From: Ignavibacteria bacterium
GTDB lineage: Bacteria; Bacteroidota; Ignavibacteria; Ignavibacteriales; SURF-24
DNA: 64,000 bases
Direction: 5' to 3'
NCBI GenBank assembly: GCA_025612375.1
Contig: JAAXKN010000003.1
Coordinates: 114,371 to 178,370 of the forward strand
The translations under genes and the position numbers were made by a program. Below the pieces are notes generated by a model, which worked only from the letters and a program-made list of their open reading frames with translations, was not told the DNA's origin and made no database searches. Shown here in pieces: positions 1 through 8,795 of the stretch (positions are counted from its first letter, which is position 1; each line of letters opens with the position of its first letter).

Positions 1-614
1 CCAAGGGCGCCACCGCTGGCTCCCTCGCCAATAATGACAACAATAATTGGGACTCTGAGGCGGCTCATTTCAAGGAGGTTGCGGGCAATAGCCTCGGCCT
101 GTCCCCGCTGTTCAGCCTCAAGGCCCGGGTAGGCCCCCGGCGTATCGAGCATTGTAATTACAGGCCGGTTAAATTTTTCTGCAAGTTTCATCAGGCGCAG
201 AGCCTTGCGGTAACCTTCGGGGTTCGGCATTCCAAAGTTCCTGTATACGTTACTTTTTGTATCCCGCCCCTTCTGGTGCCCTATTATCATCACTTTATGT
301 TCATCTATCTTAGCAAATCCGCCAACGATTGATTTATCATCCTTACACTGGCGGTCGCCATGGAGCTCAATAAAATCGTTTGCCATCAGGTAAATATAAT
401 CCAGTGTAAAAGGGCGTTCGGGATGCCTGGCCAGCTGGACCTTCTGCCACCGAGTCAAATCGCCATAAACGCTTTCTTTCAACTTTCTGACCTTTCTTTC
501 AAGCTTAGTTATCTCATCCGCAATATCAAGTTTACCCTGATACTGCCGCATCTCGTTTATTTTACTTTCAAGTTCAAAGATTGGTTTTTCAAAATCCAAT
601 ACTGCTTTAGCCAT
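1..614 (-). CDS. accA: Acetyl-CoA carboxylase carboxyltransferase alpha subunit (N-terminal part; C-terminus runs off the left window edge)
   Basis: Hand translation of the minus strand from ATG 614..612 gives [75 protein letters not shown]..., the typical AccA N-terminus. The frame stays open to position 1. It is absent from the ORF track because it is edge-truncated. The + ORF 360..617 is its antisense shadow. Confidence 0.9.
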   Translation of the reverse strand, partial: MAKAVLDFEKPIFELESKINEMRQYQGKLDIADEITKLERKVRKLKESVYGDLTRWQKVQLARHPERPFTLDYIYLMANDFIELHGDRQCKDDKSIVGGFAKIDEHKVMIIGHQKGRDTKSNVYRNFGMPNPEGYRKALRLMKLAEKFNRPVITMLDTPGAYPGLEAEQRGQAEAIARNLLEMSRLRVPIIVVIIGEGASGGAL

Positions 615-2605
615 TAGTTCTCCATACCACTAAACATTTTACTAAAAGTTTTGCCCAAAATCTCCAGGTCCAGCCAGATATTTTGATTTCTGGCATAAAA
701 TATATCAAGTTTTATTGATTCGTCGCGGTCCGTGTTGTCCAAGCCCTCTGTGTACCAGAGGCCGGTAAGGCCGCTTCGGCCAAGGTAAAGATCCGTATCA
801 GTTCTTTGCCTGAAGGGTCCGACGATGGATTTTTTGCCCGATAGGACCTCAGGCAGCCCCAGAACGAATCTCGAGAAATCGCTGCTATTAGGTCCGATTT
901 TCCGGAACGAATATATGAAAGGATAAATAAAGATCAAAGCCGGAATTGCGAGTACGAAGTCAAAAATTCTTTTGGTTACTTTGCTTGTCAAAGTGGAAAT
1001 ATTATAAAAAATCTCGAGCAGCGGGATCTCATCGAGCATTGTAATGGAGGATTTGCCGACGAGGTAATCCAGTTCGCTTCCGGCAACCTTAAAGTCCACG
1101 TTCTCCCCCTGGCATTCTGAAACCACGGCGAGCATCTGGTTATAAGACATTTCGCCGGAGGCAAAGATGACTTCGGTTATTTTCTTTTCTTTTATAATCT
1201 TTTTAATATTATCAATGCTTCCGAGGACATCCATCCCCTCTATCTTCTCCCCCACCTGTTTTCTGTTCAAGCCGATCAGGCCGGCAATTTTCTGAATGCT
1301 CGTCAGTTTGCTTTTAAGTTTCTTAGCCAAGTCGACAGAGTGGCGGTCGGTGCCGACGATGAGTGTTCTGGTTTTATAGATCTCCTCTTTAAGTCCAAGC
1401 TTAAAGCCGAGCTTGAAAATAATGCGCCAGGCCGGCAGCATGAATAAAAGGATTGCATAGGTAGACAGAACAACAGCGCGGCTGTATGCATACTGTTTAA
1501 AGAAGAAAGTAACAGAAGACAGGATAAAAAAACCAAGCACAATTGAATAGAGTACGCGCAGGACAGAAATTGAGTCCTTTTTGTAAGCCCCGGTCATGGA
1601 TGCAATTAATATCTGGATCAGAGCCGGGATTGTATAGATGCCAAGTATTGTATCCTGAGGAAAGCCGTGCCAGTGGGGTGACTGATACAAATGCGCCGCA
1701 GCAAAAAGTGAGAGGTCGAAAAACAGGAAGTCGAAAACGAGAGCCAGAGCCACCAGCCTATAGACATTCAAGGAAGCAAAAAGCTGCCGTATAATAATTG
1801 CAAAGCGCAGAATTATTTCCACCATAAAGGAAGATGAAAAATGCTTCTTTACAAAAAGGTGCATGGCCTCATAGAATACTCTGGTTTCATCCAGGCTGCT
1901 TCTTTTTGTGCTTTCCCCCTTATAATGGATTATCTGCGTATCATGGACATAGTAAACCTTATAGCCCGCCTTCTGGATCCTATAGCAAAGGTCCAGGTCC
2001 TCGCCGTACATAAAGAACTGGCAGTCGAAGCCGCCGACCTTTTCATAGACCTCGCGCTTCAACATCATAAAAGCGCCAGAGATTGCATCAACCTCGTAGG
2101 TTTCGTTTTCACTAAGGTAGGTCATGTTGTACCTGGCAAAAAGGCGGCTTTTGGGGAAGAGTTTGCTAAGGCCGGTAACTTTTGTAAAAGAAGTCCAGGG
2201 ACCCGGGAAGCCTCTTCTGCACGCAAGCTGCAGCGTGCCGTCGGAATTAAGGACCTTGCAGCCGGCAAGCCCTGCATCGGGAGTTTTTTCGAAAAAAGAG
2301 ATGAGCTTCTGGAATGTATCTTCCTGGACGATTGTGTCGGGATTTAATAAGAGTATATATTTACCCTGTGAGATTTCAAGTCCCAGGTTGTTTGCACGTC
2401 CAAATCCGAGGTTCTTTTCACTTGCAATGAGTTTGACCCAGGGGAATTTTTCGCGTAAAATTTCAACGCTTCCGTCATCGGAAGCGTTGTCAATAACAAT
2501 AACTTCTGTTGAAATATTTCCGGTACTCTTTTGAATAGAACCCAGGAGGTTCTGCAGGAACTCTTTGACGTTAAAATTTACGATAATTACAGATAGGTCT
2601 ATCAT
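614..2605 (-). CDS. Fusion protein: N-terminal GT2 glycosyltransferase, TM bundle, CoA-binding-like domain and a degenerate polyprenyl glycosylphosphotransferase (PGT) C-terminus
   Basis: The N-terminus (SVIIVNFN...[10 protein letters not shown]...NLGFGRANN...LLLNPDT) is a GT2 domain. The middle has about 4-5 hydrophobic helices. TRTLIVGTD...[24 protein letters not shown] matches the large-PGT CoA-binding-like domain. The C-terminus ([19 protein letters not shown]...SIVGP...RSGLTGLW...[17 protein letters not shown]) aligns with the bacterial sugar transferase domain but lacks the KFR(S/T)M...DE(I/L)PQ segment. Confidence 0.85.
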   Translation of the reverse strand: MIDLSVIIVNFNVKEFLQNLLGSIQKSTGNISTEVIVIDNASDDGSVEILREKFPWVKLIASEKNLGFGRANNLGLEISQGKYILLLNPDTIVQEDTFQKLISFFEKTPDAGLAGCKVLNSDGTLQLACRRGFPGPWTSFTKVTGLSKLFPKSRLFARYNMTYLSENETYEVDAISGAFMMLKREVYEKVGGFDCQFFMYGEDLDLCYRIQKAGYKVYYVHDTQIIHYKGESTKRSSLDETRVFYEAMHLFVKKHFSSSFMVEIILRFAIIIRQLFASLNVYRLVALALVFDFLFFDLSLFAAAHLYQSPHWHGFPQDTILGIYTIPALIQILIASMTGAYKKDSISVLRVLYSIVLGFFILSSVTFFFKQYAYSRAVVLSTYAILLFMLPAWRIIFKLGFKLGLKEEIYKTRTLIVGTDRHSVDLAKKLKSKLTSIQKIAGLIGLNRKQVGEKIEGMDVLGSIDNIKKIIKEKKITEVIFASGEMSYNQMLAVVSECQGENVDFKVAGSELDYLVGKSSITMLDEIPLLEIFYNISTLTSKVTKRIFDFVLAIPALIFIYPFIYSFRKIGPNSSDFSRFVLGLPEVLSGKKSIVGPFRQRTDTDLYLGRSGLTGLWYTEGLDNTDRDESIKLDIFYARNQNIWLDLEILGKTFSKMFSGMEN

Positions 2606-2613
2606 TATTGTAA

Positions 2614-3333
2614 TTATAATCTGCCAAAAATACTTTTAAATCTGAGTTTCCAGACCATAAGGACGGCTTCGCGCACGATTTTCTTATTCATCTTCGAGCG
2701 GCCCTTAACGCGGTCGATAAAGATAATGGGAATCTCCTTTATTTTGAAGCCTGCCTTCCAGGCCTTATAGTTCATTTCAATCTGAAAGGAATAACCGTTA
2801 CTTCTGATATCCTGGAGGTTAATGGTTTCAAGCACTTTGCGCCTGAACATCTTGAATCCCCCTGTACAGTCAGCAACCGGAATACCTGTAATAAACCTGG
2901 TATAATAGCTTGCGAAGTAGCTGAGCAGGAGCCTGCGCATAGGCCAGTTAACCACATTGACTCCGGTAATATAGCGGCTGCCGATAACGAGGTCACAATT
3001 CCTGATCTCGCGGAAGAAATTTCCAATTTCCTTCGGGTCGTGTGAATAATCGGCATCCATCTGTATGGCATAGTCGTAGCCGTTTTCAAGCATAAACCTG
3101 AAACCGGCTACATAAGCAGTTCCCAAGCCCATTTTTCCGGAGCGTTCAATAAGTTTAATACAACCGTTATTTTCCTGCATTTTTTTCACGTAACCTGCCG
3201 TTCCGTCGGGAGAGTTATCGTCAACGATAAGAATATCAAGATGAGGATACCGGTCCATCAGGTCCGGTATAAGTACGCTGATGTTCTCCAGCTCATTGTA
3301 AGTCGGAATTATAACGATTGATTTTCCATCCAT
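2614..3333 (-). CDS. Polyprenyl-phosphate glycosyltransferase (Dpm1/GtrB-like GT2, dolichyl/undecaprenyl-phosphate mannose or glucose synthase type)
   Basis: IVIIPTYNELENI...LDILIVDDNSPDGT...GKMGLGTAY...QMDADYSHDP...GSRY... is the classic Dpm1-like soluble GT2 pattern. The 239-aa size fits. Confidence 0.85.
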   Translation of the reverse strand: MDGKSIVIIPTYNELENISVLIPDLMDRYPHLDILIVDDNSPDGTAGYVKKMQENNGCIKLIERSGKMGLGTAYVAGFRFMLENGYDYAIQMDADYSHDPKEIGNFFREIRNCDLVIGSRYITGVNVVNWPMRRLLLSYFASYYTRFITGIPVADCTGGFKMFRRKVLETINLQDIRSNGYSFQIEMNYKAWKAGFKIKEIPIIFIDRVKGRSKMNKKIVREAVLMVWKLRFKSIFGRL

Positions 3334-3338
3334 AAAGC

Positions 3339-4442
3339 TTATTTCTTCCCCGTGAATTCAGTTATGGCGTTTGCTATATATTCTATTTCTTCTAAAGTAA
3401 GTTCAGGATACATCGGCAGTGAGATGATCTCACGCGCTACAGTTTCAGCTACGGGCAGGTGATAAGTTTTTGACTCATCAACGAATGCCGGCTGCTGGTG
3501 AAGAGGAATAGGATAATGGACTGCAGTAGGTATACCCTTGGATGACAAGAATTCCTGAAGTCCTTTTCTGTCTTTAACCCTTATAGAGAACTGGTGATAG
3601 ATATGAGTAGAGAAGTCTGCCTTAAAAGGAGTTACAACATCTGCCTGCTGAAGTTTTTCCCTGTAAAGGCTGGCGTTGTTGGCTCTTGCCTCGTTCCACC
3701 GATCTATATATTTCAGTTTTACATTCAGAACAGCTGCCTGCAGGGCATCCATTCTGGAATTCAGGCCCAGGAGTTCGTGAACATAACGTTCCTTTGAGCC
3801 GTGGGCAGCAATCATGCGGATTTTTTCACCCAAAGAGTCATCCTGTGTAAAGACCATTCCGGCATCGCCATAAGCTCCAAGGTTCTTGCTGGGGAAGAAG
3901 CTGGTTGCTCCTATAGTTCCAATTGTTCCGACTTTCTTTCCCTTGTATTCAGTTCCAAATGCCTGTGCGGCATCTTCAATTACATAAAGGTTGTGCTTTC
4001 TTGCAATTTCAAGTATGGGGTCCAAGTCTGCTGCCTGTCCGTAAAGGTGGACAGGAATAATAGCCTTTGTTCTTGGTGTAATAGCGGCTTCAATTTTCGA
4101 AGGATCGATATTATAGGTATCGTTCAGGATATCGACATAGACCGGCACTGCGCCAAGAAGAGCGATAGTTTCAGCCGTGGCGACAAAAGTAAAAGGTGTT
4201 GTGATAACTTCATCACCTGGTTTAATATCCAGAGCCATCATGGCAATCTGGAGGGCGTCTGTTCCGCTGGCGCATGCGATTGCGTGTTTTACGCCGAGAT
4301 AAGCTGCGCATCCGTTCTCAAAGTCACTTACCTTCTTACCCATGATGAACTGAGTAGATTCCACCACGTCCATAATTTCTGCATCTATTTCATTTTTAAT
4401 AGAAGCATACTGCTTCTTCAAATCCACCATATTGATTTTCAT
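3339..4442 (-). CDS. DegT/DnrJ/EryC1/StrS family PLP-dependent sugar aminotransferase
   Basis: MKINMVDLKKQYASIKNEID...FENGCAAYLGVKHAIACASGTDALQIA...SFFPSKNLGAYGDAG carries the lysine-containing PLP motif. I chose the ATG at 4442 (M34 of the track ORF) because the longer ORF would overlap the upstream gene, which ends at 4456. Confidence 0.9.
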   Translation of the reverse strand: MKINMVDLKKQYASIKNEIDAEIMDVVESTQFIMGKKVSDFENGCAAYLGVKHAIACASGTDALQIAMMALDIKPGDEVITTPFTFVATAETIALLGAVPVYVDILNDTYNIDPSKIEAAITPRTKAIIPVHLYGQAADLDPILEIARKHNLYVIEDAAQAFGTEYKGKKVGTIGTIGATSFFPSKNLGAYGDAGMVFTQDDSLGEKIRMIAAHGSKERYVHELLGLNSRMDALQAAVLNVKLKYIDRWNEARANNASLYREKLQQADVVTPFKADFSTHIYHQFSIRVKDRKGLQEFLSSKGIPTAVHYPIPLHQQPAFVDESKTYHLPVAETVAREIISLPMYPELTLEEIEYIANAITEFTGKK

Positions 4443-4455
4443 TTTAGCTCCATTT

Positions 4456-5860
4456 TTATTCATAATGTCCTTTACCAAAAAGGACCACAAATACTGTTCT
4501 GAAAAGGATCTTAAAGTCCATGCGGAGCGACATATTTTCAATATAAAACAGGTCGTAGCGCAGTTTAGTCTTCACGTCCTCAATTGTCTCGTCGTACTTA
4601 TGCTTAACCTGAGCCCAGCCCGTAACGCCCGGGCGTACCTTAAGCCTTTTCTTATAAAGGGGTATCTCCTGCGAGAGTTTTTCGACGAAAAACGGCCTCT
4701 CTGGTCTGGGACCTACGAGACTCATCTCCCCTTTTAAGACGTTTATCATTTGGGGTATTTCATCAATTCTGACCTTGCGTATAAATTTTCCCACACGCGT
4801 AATTCTGGGATCGTTTTTCTGCGACCAGACCGGGCCTGTAGATTTCTCGGCGTCGTTTCTCATTGAGCGGAATTTATAGATATCAAATTCTTTACCGTTA
4901 AGTCCTGAACGCTTTTGCTTGTAGAGCACGGTACCCGGGCTGTCGAGTTTTATTAAAACAGAAATAATTAACGTAACCGGAAGAGAAATTAATAAAATAA
5001 TCAAAGAAATGGAAATATCCATTAGGCGTTTTACTTTTTTTTCCCATTCCGGCATCAGCTCCGGCATAATGTCGATAAGCGGAAATCCGTAGATATGGGT
5101 TGTTCTTGCCTGACCGCTTATAATTTCATAAAGGTCGGGTACAATCTTCAGGCCCACATTTTTGGGATCGCACTTTGCTATAACACCAATCATTGCATCT
5201 TCGTGGTGCTTATCGAGAGCAATTATTACTTCCCTTGTGTCTGTTTCATCAATTGCTTTTTCAATATTCTGATAATTATCCAAAACTTTAATTCCTTTAT
5301 ATTCCTTACCGATATTTTCGTCATAAACGGCTATGAACCCCTTAACGTCCAGTCCCAACGCCCTGTAGCGTTCAATCCTGTCCAGCATATCAAAAGCTTT
5401 AGGATTAAAGCCGACGATAAGTGTGTTTCTCCTGCCGAAGCCCTTAATGAGCAGGTTTCTCTGAAAGCTTCTAACAAAAAGCCTTCCGAAGCTGACAATA
5501 ATGAAAAAGACTCCCCAGTAAATGAAGATCAGTATTCTGTTATTGGAGGCTTCGCCGTGCATATAATCATCGAGGAAGATTACAAAGAAGAGAATAAAGA
5601 TTGCAACAAATGACGTTTTAAACAGCGTGGAAAGCTCATCAAAGCGAGAAAGAGCAAACCACGTGCGGTACATTCCCACGAATATGAACACAAAAAACCA
5701 GTAGAGATAGACTACAAACATAGGAAGGAGGAACTCAGGTTCAGAGAAAAGGCTGAATAAACCGGATTCCACCCTCAGCAGATAGAAAAGAGTCCAGACT
5801 AAATTGATAGCAATAAAGTCAACCGTTAATACTAATATTTTTTCTAGTTTTCTGTTCAAG
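4456..5860 (-). CDS. Large polyprenyl glycosylphosphotransferase (WbaP/EpsB-like initiating sugar transferase), intact catalytic domain
   Basis: There are four N-terminal TM helices and a CoA-binding-like domain (RRNTLIVGFNPKA...). The complete sugar-transferase domain is present: KRLMDISISL...GPVWSQ...YKFRSMRNDAE...DPRITRVGKFIRKVRIDEIPQMINVLKGEMSLVGPRPERP...PGVTGWAQV. The start is uncertain. The track ORF runs to 5952 but would overlap the upstream gene by 89 nt. A TTG at 5860 sits 1 nt after that gene's stop codon (5866..5864). Confidence 0.85.
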
Positions 5861-5863
5861 TAA

Positions 5864-7033
5864 TTACCTAGGAGTCGATTGCCAAATAATTGAATGCTTT
5901 CCCGACATAAACCGGAAAAACCCCAGAAGCAGAGCCATATTAGCCACCACAAAAAAGTACGGAAGCGAAAAGGCTGTCATTCTGATCTTAAAGAGAGAAA
6001 GTATATAGCCAAATAATGCGGCAGCGTAAAACAATAGTTGTGCAGCAAAAGCGGCCACAAAAAAGCCGCCATTTCCGAGAATCAAAATATTGAGTAAGAA
6101 TGTGATTATCAATATAAAAGGTAAAAACCACCTTGTAATTTTATGCGACCAGAAAGCATAGGACACAAGGATGTTTTTGTTAAAAAGAAGCTTCCTGAAG
6201 AAAAACATCGTCTGAAAATTTGTAGATGCAAAGCGGATCTTTCTTTTTACCTCCAGGCTGACGCTGCGGCCTACTTCCTCAAAGGCAAATGCATCATAGC
6301 GGTAGATGAACCTGTAGTCTTTCTCCAGTACGCTGAGAGATATAAAGAAGTCGTCAGTAACGGCTTTTTTTGTAGGAATTTCCCTGAAGAGCTTTTTTCT
6401 TATTGCAAAAATGCCGCCGTTAGCACCGATTAGGATGCCGCATCTGCCTTCAGCTCTTTTAATCAGAGTTTCATATTCCCAGTACTTTTTCTCCTCTACG
6501 CTTTCACTTCTATTGGCCTCAGGTTCTAACAGTATTAGTCTTCCGCTTACGCCGCCTATTTCAGTGGCGTAAAAATCTTCCAGCAGAAGTTTAAGGGAAT
6601 TTCTGTCGAATTCGGTATTTGCGTCGGTAAAAACGAGGATTTCATGCCGTGCTAGTTTAACCAGGTCGTTTATTACGGCAGCTTTGCCGCGTCTTTGGGA
6701 GAAAATATGGACCTTCAGCCAGGGATGATTTCTCTGCAGTTCCAGGAGCATCTCATTTGTCCTGTCGCTTGAGCAGTCGGAGCCGATCAGCATCTCAATT
6801 TTACTAAGGTCATAATCCAGGGAAAGAATGTTCTTAATCCTATTTTCAATTACCTTTTCTTCATTATAAGCTGAGCATAGTATTGAGACTTCCGGGTAAT
6901 ATGAATTTTCTTCCGGATTCTTTCCCTTAAGCCGGGCAATAATGTTAATTATGACCGGATATAAGATATAAGAATGGATTGAAATAAATATTAGAAATAT
7001 AAATAGAATAACCACTATTAAGTCTGAAAGCAT
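5864..7033 (-). CDS. Integral-membrane GT2 glycosyltransferase (synthase-like topology: N-terminal TM, GT-A domain, C-terminal TM bundle)
   Basis: EVSILCSAYNEEKVI...IGSDCSSDRT...VFTDANTEF...VTDDFFISL...KRKIRFASTNFQ, followed by about 4 hydrophobic helices. This resembles the D, DxD, TED, Q/KxxRW arrangement of membrane-embedded GT2 enzymes. Confidence 0.85.
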   Translation of the reverse strand: MLSDLIVVILFIFLIFISIHSYILYPVIINIIARLKGKNPEENSYYPEVSILCSAYNEEKVIENRIKNILSLDYDLSKIEMLIGSDCSSDRTNEMLLELQRNHPWLKVHIFSQRRGKAAVINDLVKLARHEILVFTDANTEFDRNSLKLLLEDFYATEIGGVSGRLILLEPEANRSESVEEKKYWEYETLIKRAEGRCGILIGANGGIFAIRKKLFREIPTKKAVTDDFFISLSVLEKDYRFIYRYDAFAFEEVGRSVSLEVKRKIRFASTNFQTMFFFRKLLFNKNILVSYAFWSHKITRWFLPFILIITFLLNILILGNGGFFVAAFAAQLLFYAAALFGYILSLFKIRMTAFSLPYFFVVANMALLLGFFRFMSGKHSIIWQSTPR

Positions 7034-7147
7034 ATTTTACATTTATTGATAATATTTTGGCTATAAAATATAACAAATATTAATTTATAATATTAGTGGC
7101 GTTGCAGGTTTTTTTAGTTTTTGGGATATACAGGAAAGAAAAACATT

Positions 7148-7180
7148 TTACCTCCCTCTCCCTAAAAGAGAAGGAGGTAA
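7148..7180 (-). terminator. Rho-independent terminator downstream of the radical SAM gene
   Basis: TTACCTCCCTCTC (7148-7160) pairs with GAGAAGGAGGTAA (7168-7180), giving a 13-bp stem with one mismatch and a 7-nt loop. On the minus strand it is followed by TAAAATGTTTTTCTTTC. It lies 47 nt after the stop codon at 7227. Confidence 0.6.
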
Positions 7181-7226
7181 TCATTCAATCAGAATAAAAT
7201 CTACCGCAGGGAAACATTCTAGAAAT

Positions 7227-8795
7227 TTATCTTTGTGCCGTCATTTCCTCTTTTTTTTCTCCTTCACCAGAGGCTGAGCTTGCACCCAGAGGGCTGCTGC
7301 TGCCGGTTGAAATCTCTGCCAGCTTGCGCTCAAACTTCTTTTTGTTCTCCTTATTATTCTTATTAAAGAGATATTTATAGAAAGTCAGGAACGCCTTAAC
7401 TGTTCTTCTAAGTTCGGCAGGATTTGTTACAATATTCTTCAGCTTCATTGCAAAGTAAGCTGGTCTGAGGTAGTATTCGCGTCTGGCGTAATTGCAGAAG
7501 TCCACAATTTCCTGTCCTGAAAGATCATGAGTACGCACGACGGTATTATGCAGGCCTTCGGGCGTAAGCCATTCGTCAAAGGATTTGGCATTGATAAGGC
7601 CTTCCTTTTTTGCCCATTCATATGCTTCTGTACCAGGATATATCATTAGAGGGAAGAACTGAGCCGTATCGGTATTCATTTTCTTTGCCAGTTCCAGAGT
7701 CTCTTTCATAGTAGACAGTGTTTCGCCGCGGTTACCCATCATATAGCATGCATGCACCAAAAGTCCGACTTTTTTGGCATTCTGAGCGGCCTTGAACTGC
7801 TCTGTTCTCAGGCCTTTTTTCATGAGTTTCAGGATCTCATTTGATCCGCTTTCAAAGCCGATAATAATAAGGCGGCAGCCGGCTTTTTTCATCCAGCGCA
7901 TCGTTTCCTCATCCAAGTCTGCTCTTACGTTGCAAGTCCATGTAAGGTGGTTTTTCTGTGCAATGAGGAGTTTACAGACTTCGATAGTATGTTTTTTATA
8001 AACCGTAAATGTATCGTCCTCAATGGTAACCTCAACAACGTCCGGGAAATTTTCTTCAATGTAGCGGAACTCTGCCGCAATGTTCTCCGGTGAGCGGTGC
8101 CGGTAATTATGCCCGTAGAAGTTCTGCGGATAAACGCAGTAGGAGCAGAGATAGGGGCAGCCGCGTCCTGTATAGACCATCATCTGCGGGAACCTGCCTG
8201 CAGAGAAGAAATAGTTATGAGGGCTGCAGAAGCGCTTAAAGACCTGACTTGCAAAAGGCATACTGTCGAGGTCCATATTGTCCGGGCGGGGTTCATTCGT
8301 CAGTGTCTGCCCGTCTTTTCTCCAGGTCAGGGCTTTAATCCCATCAAGGGGCGTACCTTCATCAAGAGCCCTTGCCAGTTCAGAGACTGTTTCTTCGTAT
8401 TCCTTTCGGGCTACAGCATCAATTTTTGGGTTTTCGGAAACCACTTCATAATGAAGAGCAGTAACATGGTTACCAACAAGGCAGATAAAAAGGCCCGGGA
8501 AGGCTTCCTTGAGTTTTCCCGAAAAACTAATGTCGTTAGTGATGCTGCCGGTGCTGGTTTCAATTACCGCCAGACCGGGCTTAAATGCTTTAAGTCTTTC
8601 AATTGTCTCGTCTGCCGAAAGGAGCTCGGCAGGAGAATCAATCAGGGTGATATTATGCCCGTTTTTCTCTGCCATCCCCGCCGCCAGTGCCAGCCAAATG
8701 GGGTAATAGACGGTACCGCTTTTAGTAACGGCAGGACTGCGGGAGCCGCGGGAATATTTAGGATGAAAGGGCGGATTTAGAAAAGCTATATTCAT
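7227..8795 (-). CDS. B12-binding-domain radical SAM protein (class B rSAM)
   Basis: The N-terminus (IAFLNPPF...YPIWLALAAGMAEKNGHNITLIDSP) is typical of the cobalamin-binding domain of class B rSAMs. GRGCPYLCSYCVY is a CxxxCxxC cluster motif. The tail is low-complexity Ser/Gly/Glu/Lys. The start ATG overlaps the stop of the upstream GT2 (ATGA at 8792-8795). Confidence 0.85.
   Translation of the reverse strand: MNIAFLNPPFHPKYSRGSRSPAVTKSGTVYYPIWLALAAGMAEKNGHNITLIDSPAELLSADETIERLKAFKPGLAVIETSTGSITNDISFSGKLKEAFPGLFICLVGNHVTALHYEVVSENPKIDAVARKEYEETVSELARALDEGTPLDGIKALTWRKDGQTLTNEPRPDNMDLDSMPFASQVFKRFCSPHNYFFSAGRFPQMMVYTGRGCPYLCSYCVYPQNFYGHNYRHRSPENIAAEFRYIEENFPDVVEVTIEDDTFTVYKKHTIEVCKLLIAQKNHLTWTCNVRADLDEETMRWMKKAGCRLIIIGFESGSNEILKLMKKGLRTEQFKAAQNAKKVGLLVHACYMMGNRGETLSTMKETLELAKKMNTDTAQFFPLMIYPGTEAYEWAKKEGLINAKSFDEWLTPEGLHNTVVRTHDLSGQEIVDFCNYARREYYLRPAYFAMKLKNIVTNPAELRRTVKAFLTFYKYLFNKNNKENKKKFERKLAEISTGSSSPLGASSASGEGEKKEEMTAQR

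Noticed and set aside
360-617. 85-aa plus-strand ORF at the left edge
   Set aside because: It lies entirely antisense to a clear AccA reading frame. Its sequence is low-complexity with no recognisable motif, so it is a shadow ORF.
3801-4502. 233-aa plus-strand ORF, and similar long antisense ORFs (8097..8780, 20887..21558, 34216..34779, 37860..38567, 41339..41911, 42338..42808, 63226..63711)
   Set aside because: Each is fully contained in, and antisense to, a minus-strand gene with strong family motifs (DegT, radical SAM, PanC/AccD, CoA-transferase, SpmAB, helicase, MurE). Their translations are Cys/Phe/Ser/Ile-rich with no motifs. This is the typical codon-shadow artefact.
5861-5952. 89-nt overlap between the PGT ORF and the upstream GT2 gene
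   Set aside because: The overlapped codons (MWWLIWLCFWGFSGLC...) look like a frame shadow of the GT2 C-terminus. A TTG at 5860 sits just after the GT2 stop codon (5866..5864) and gives a normal PGT N-terminus. I do not consider this a real long overlap or a programmed frameshift.
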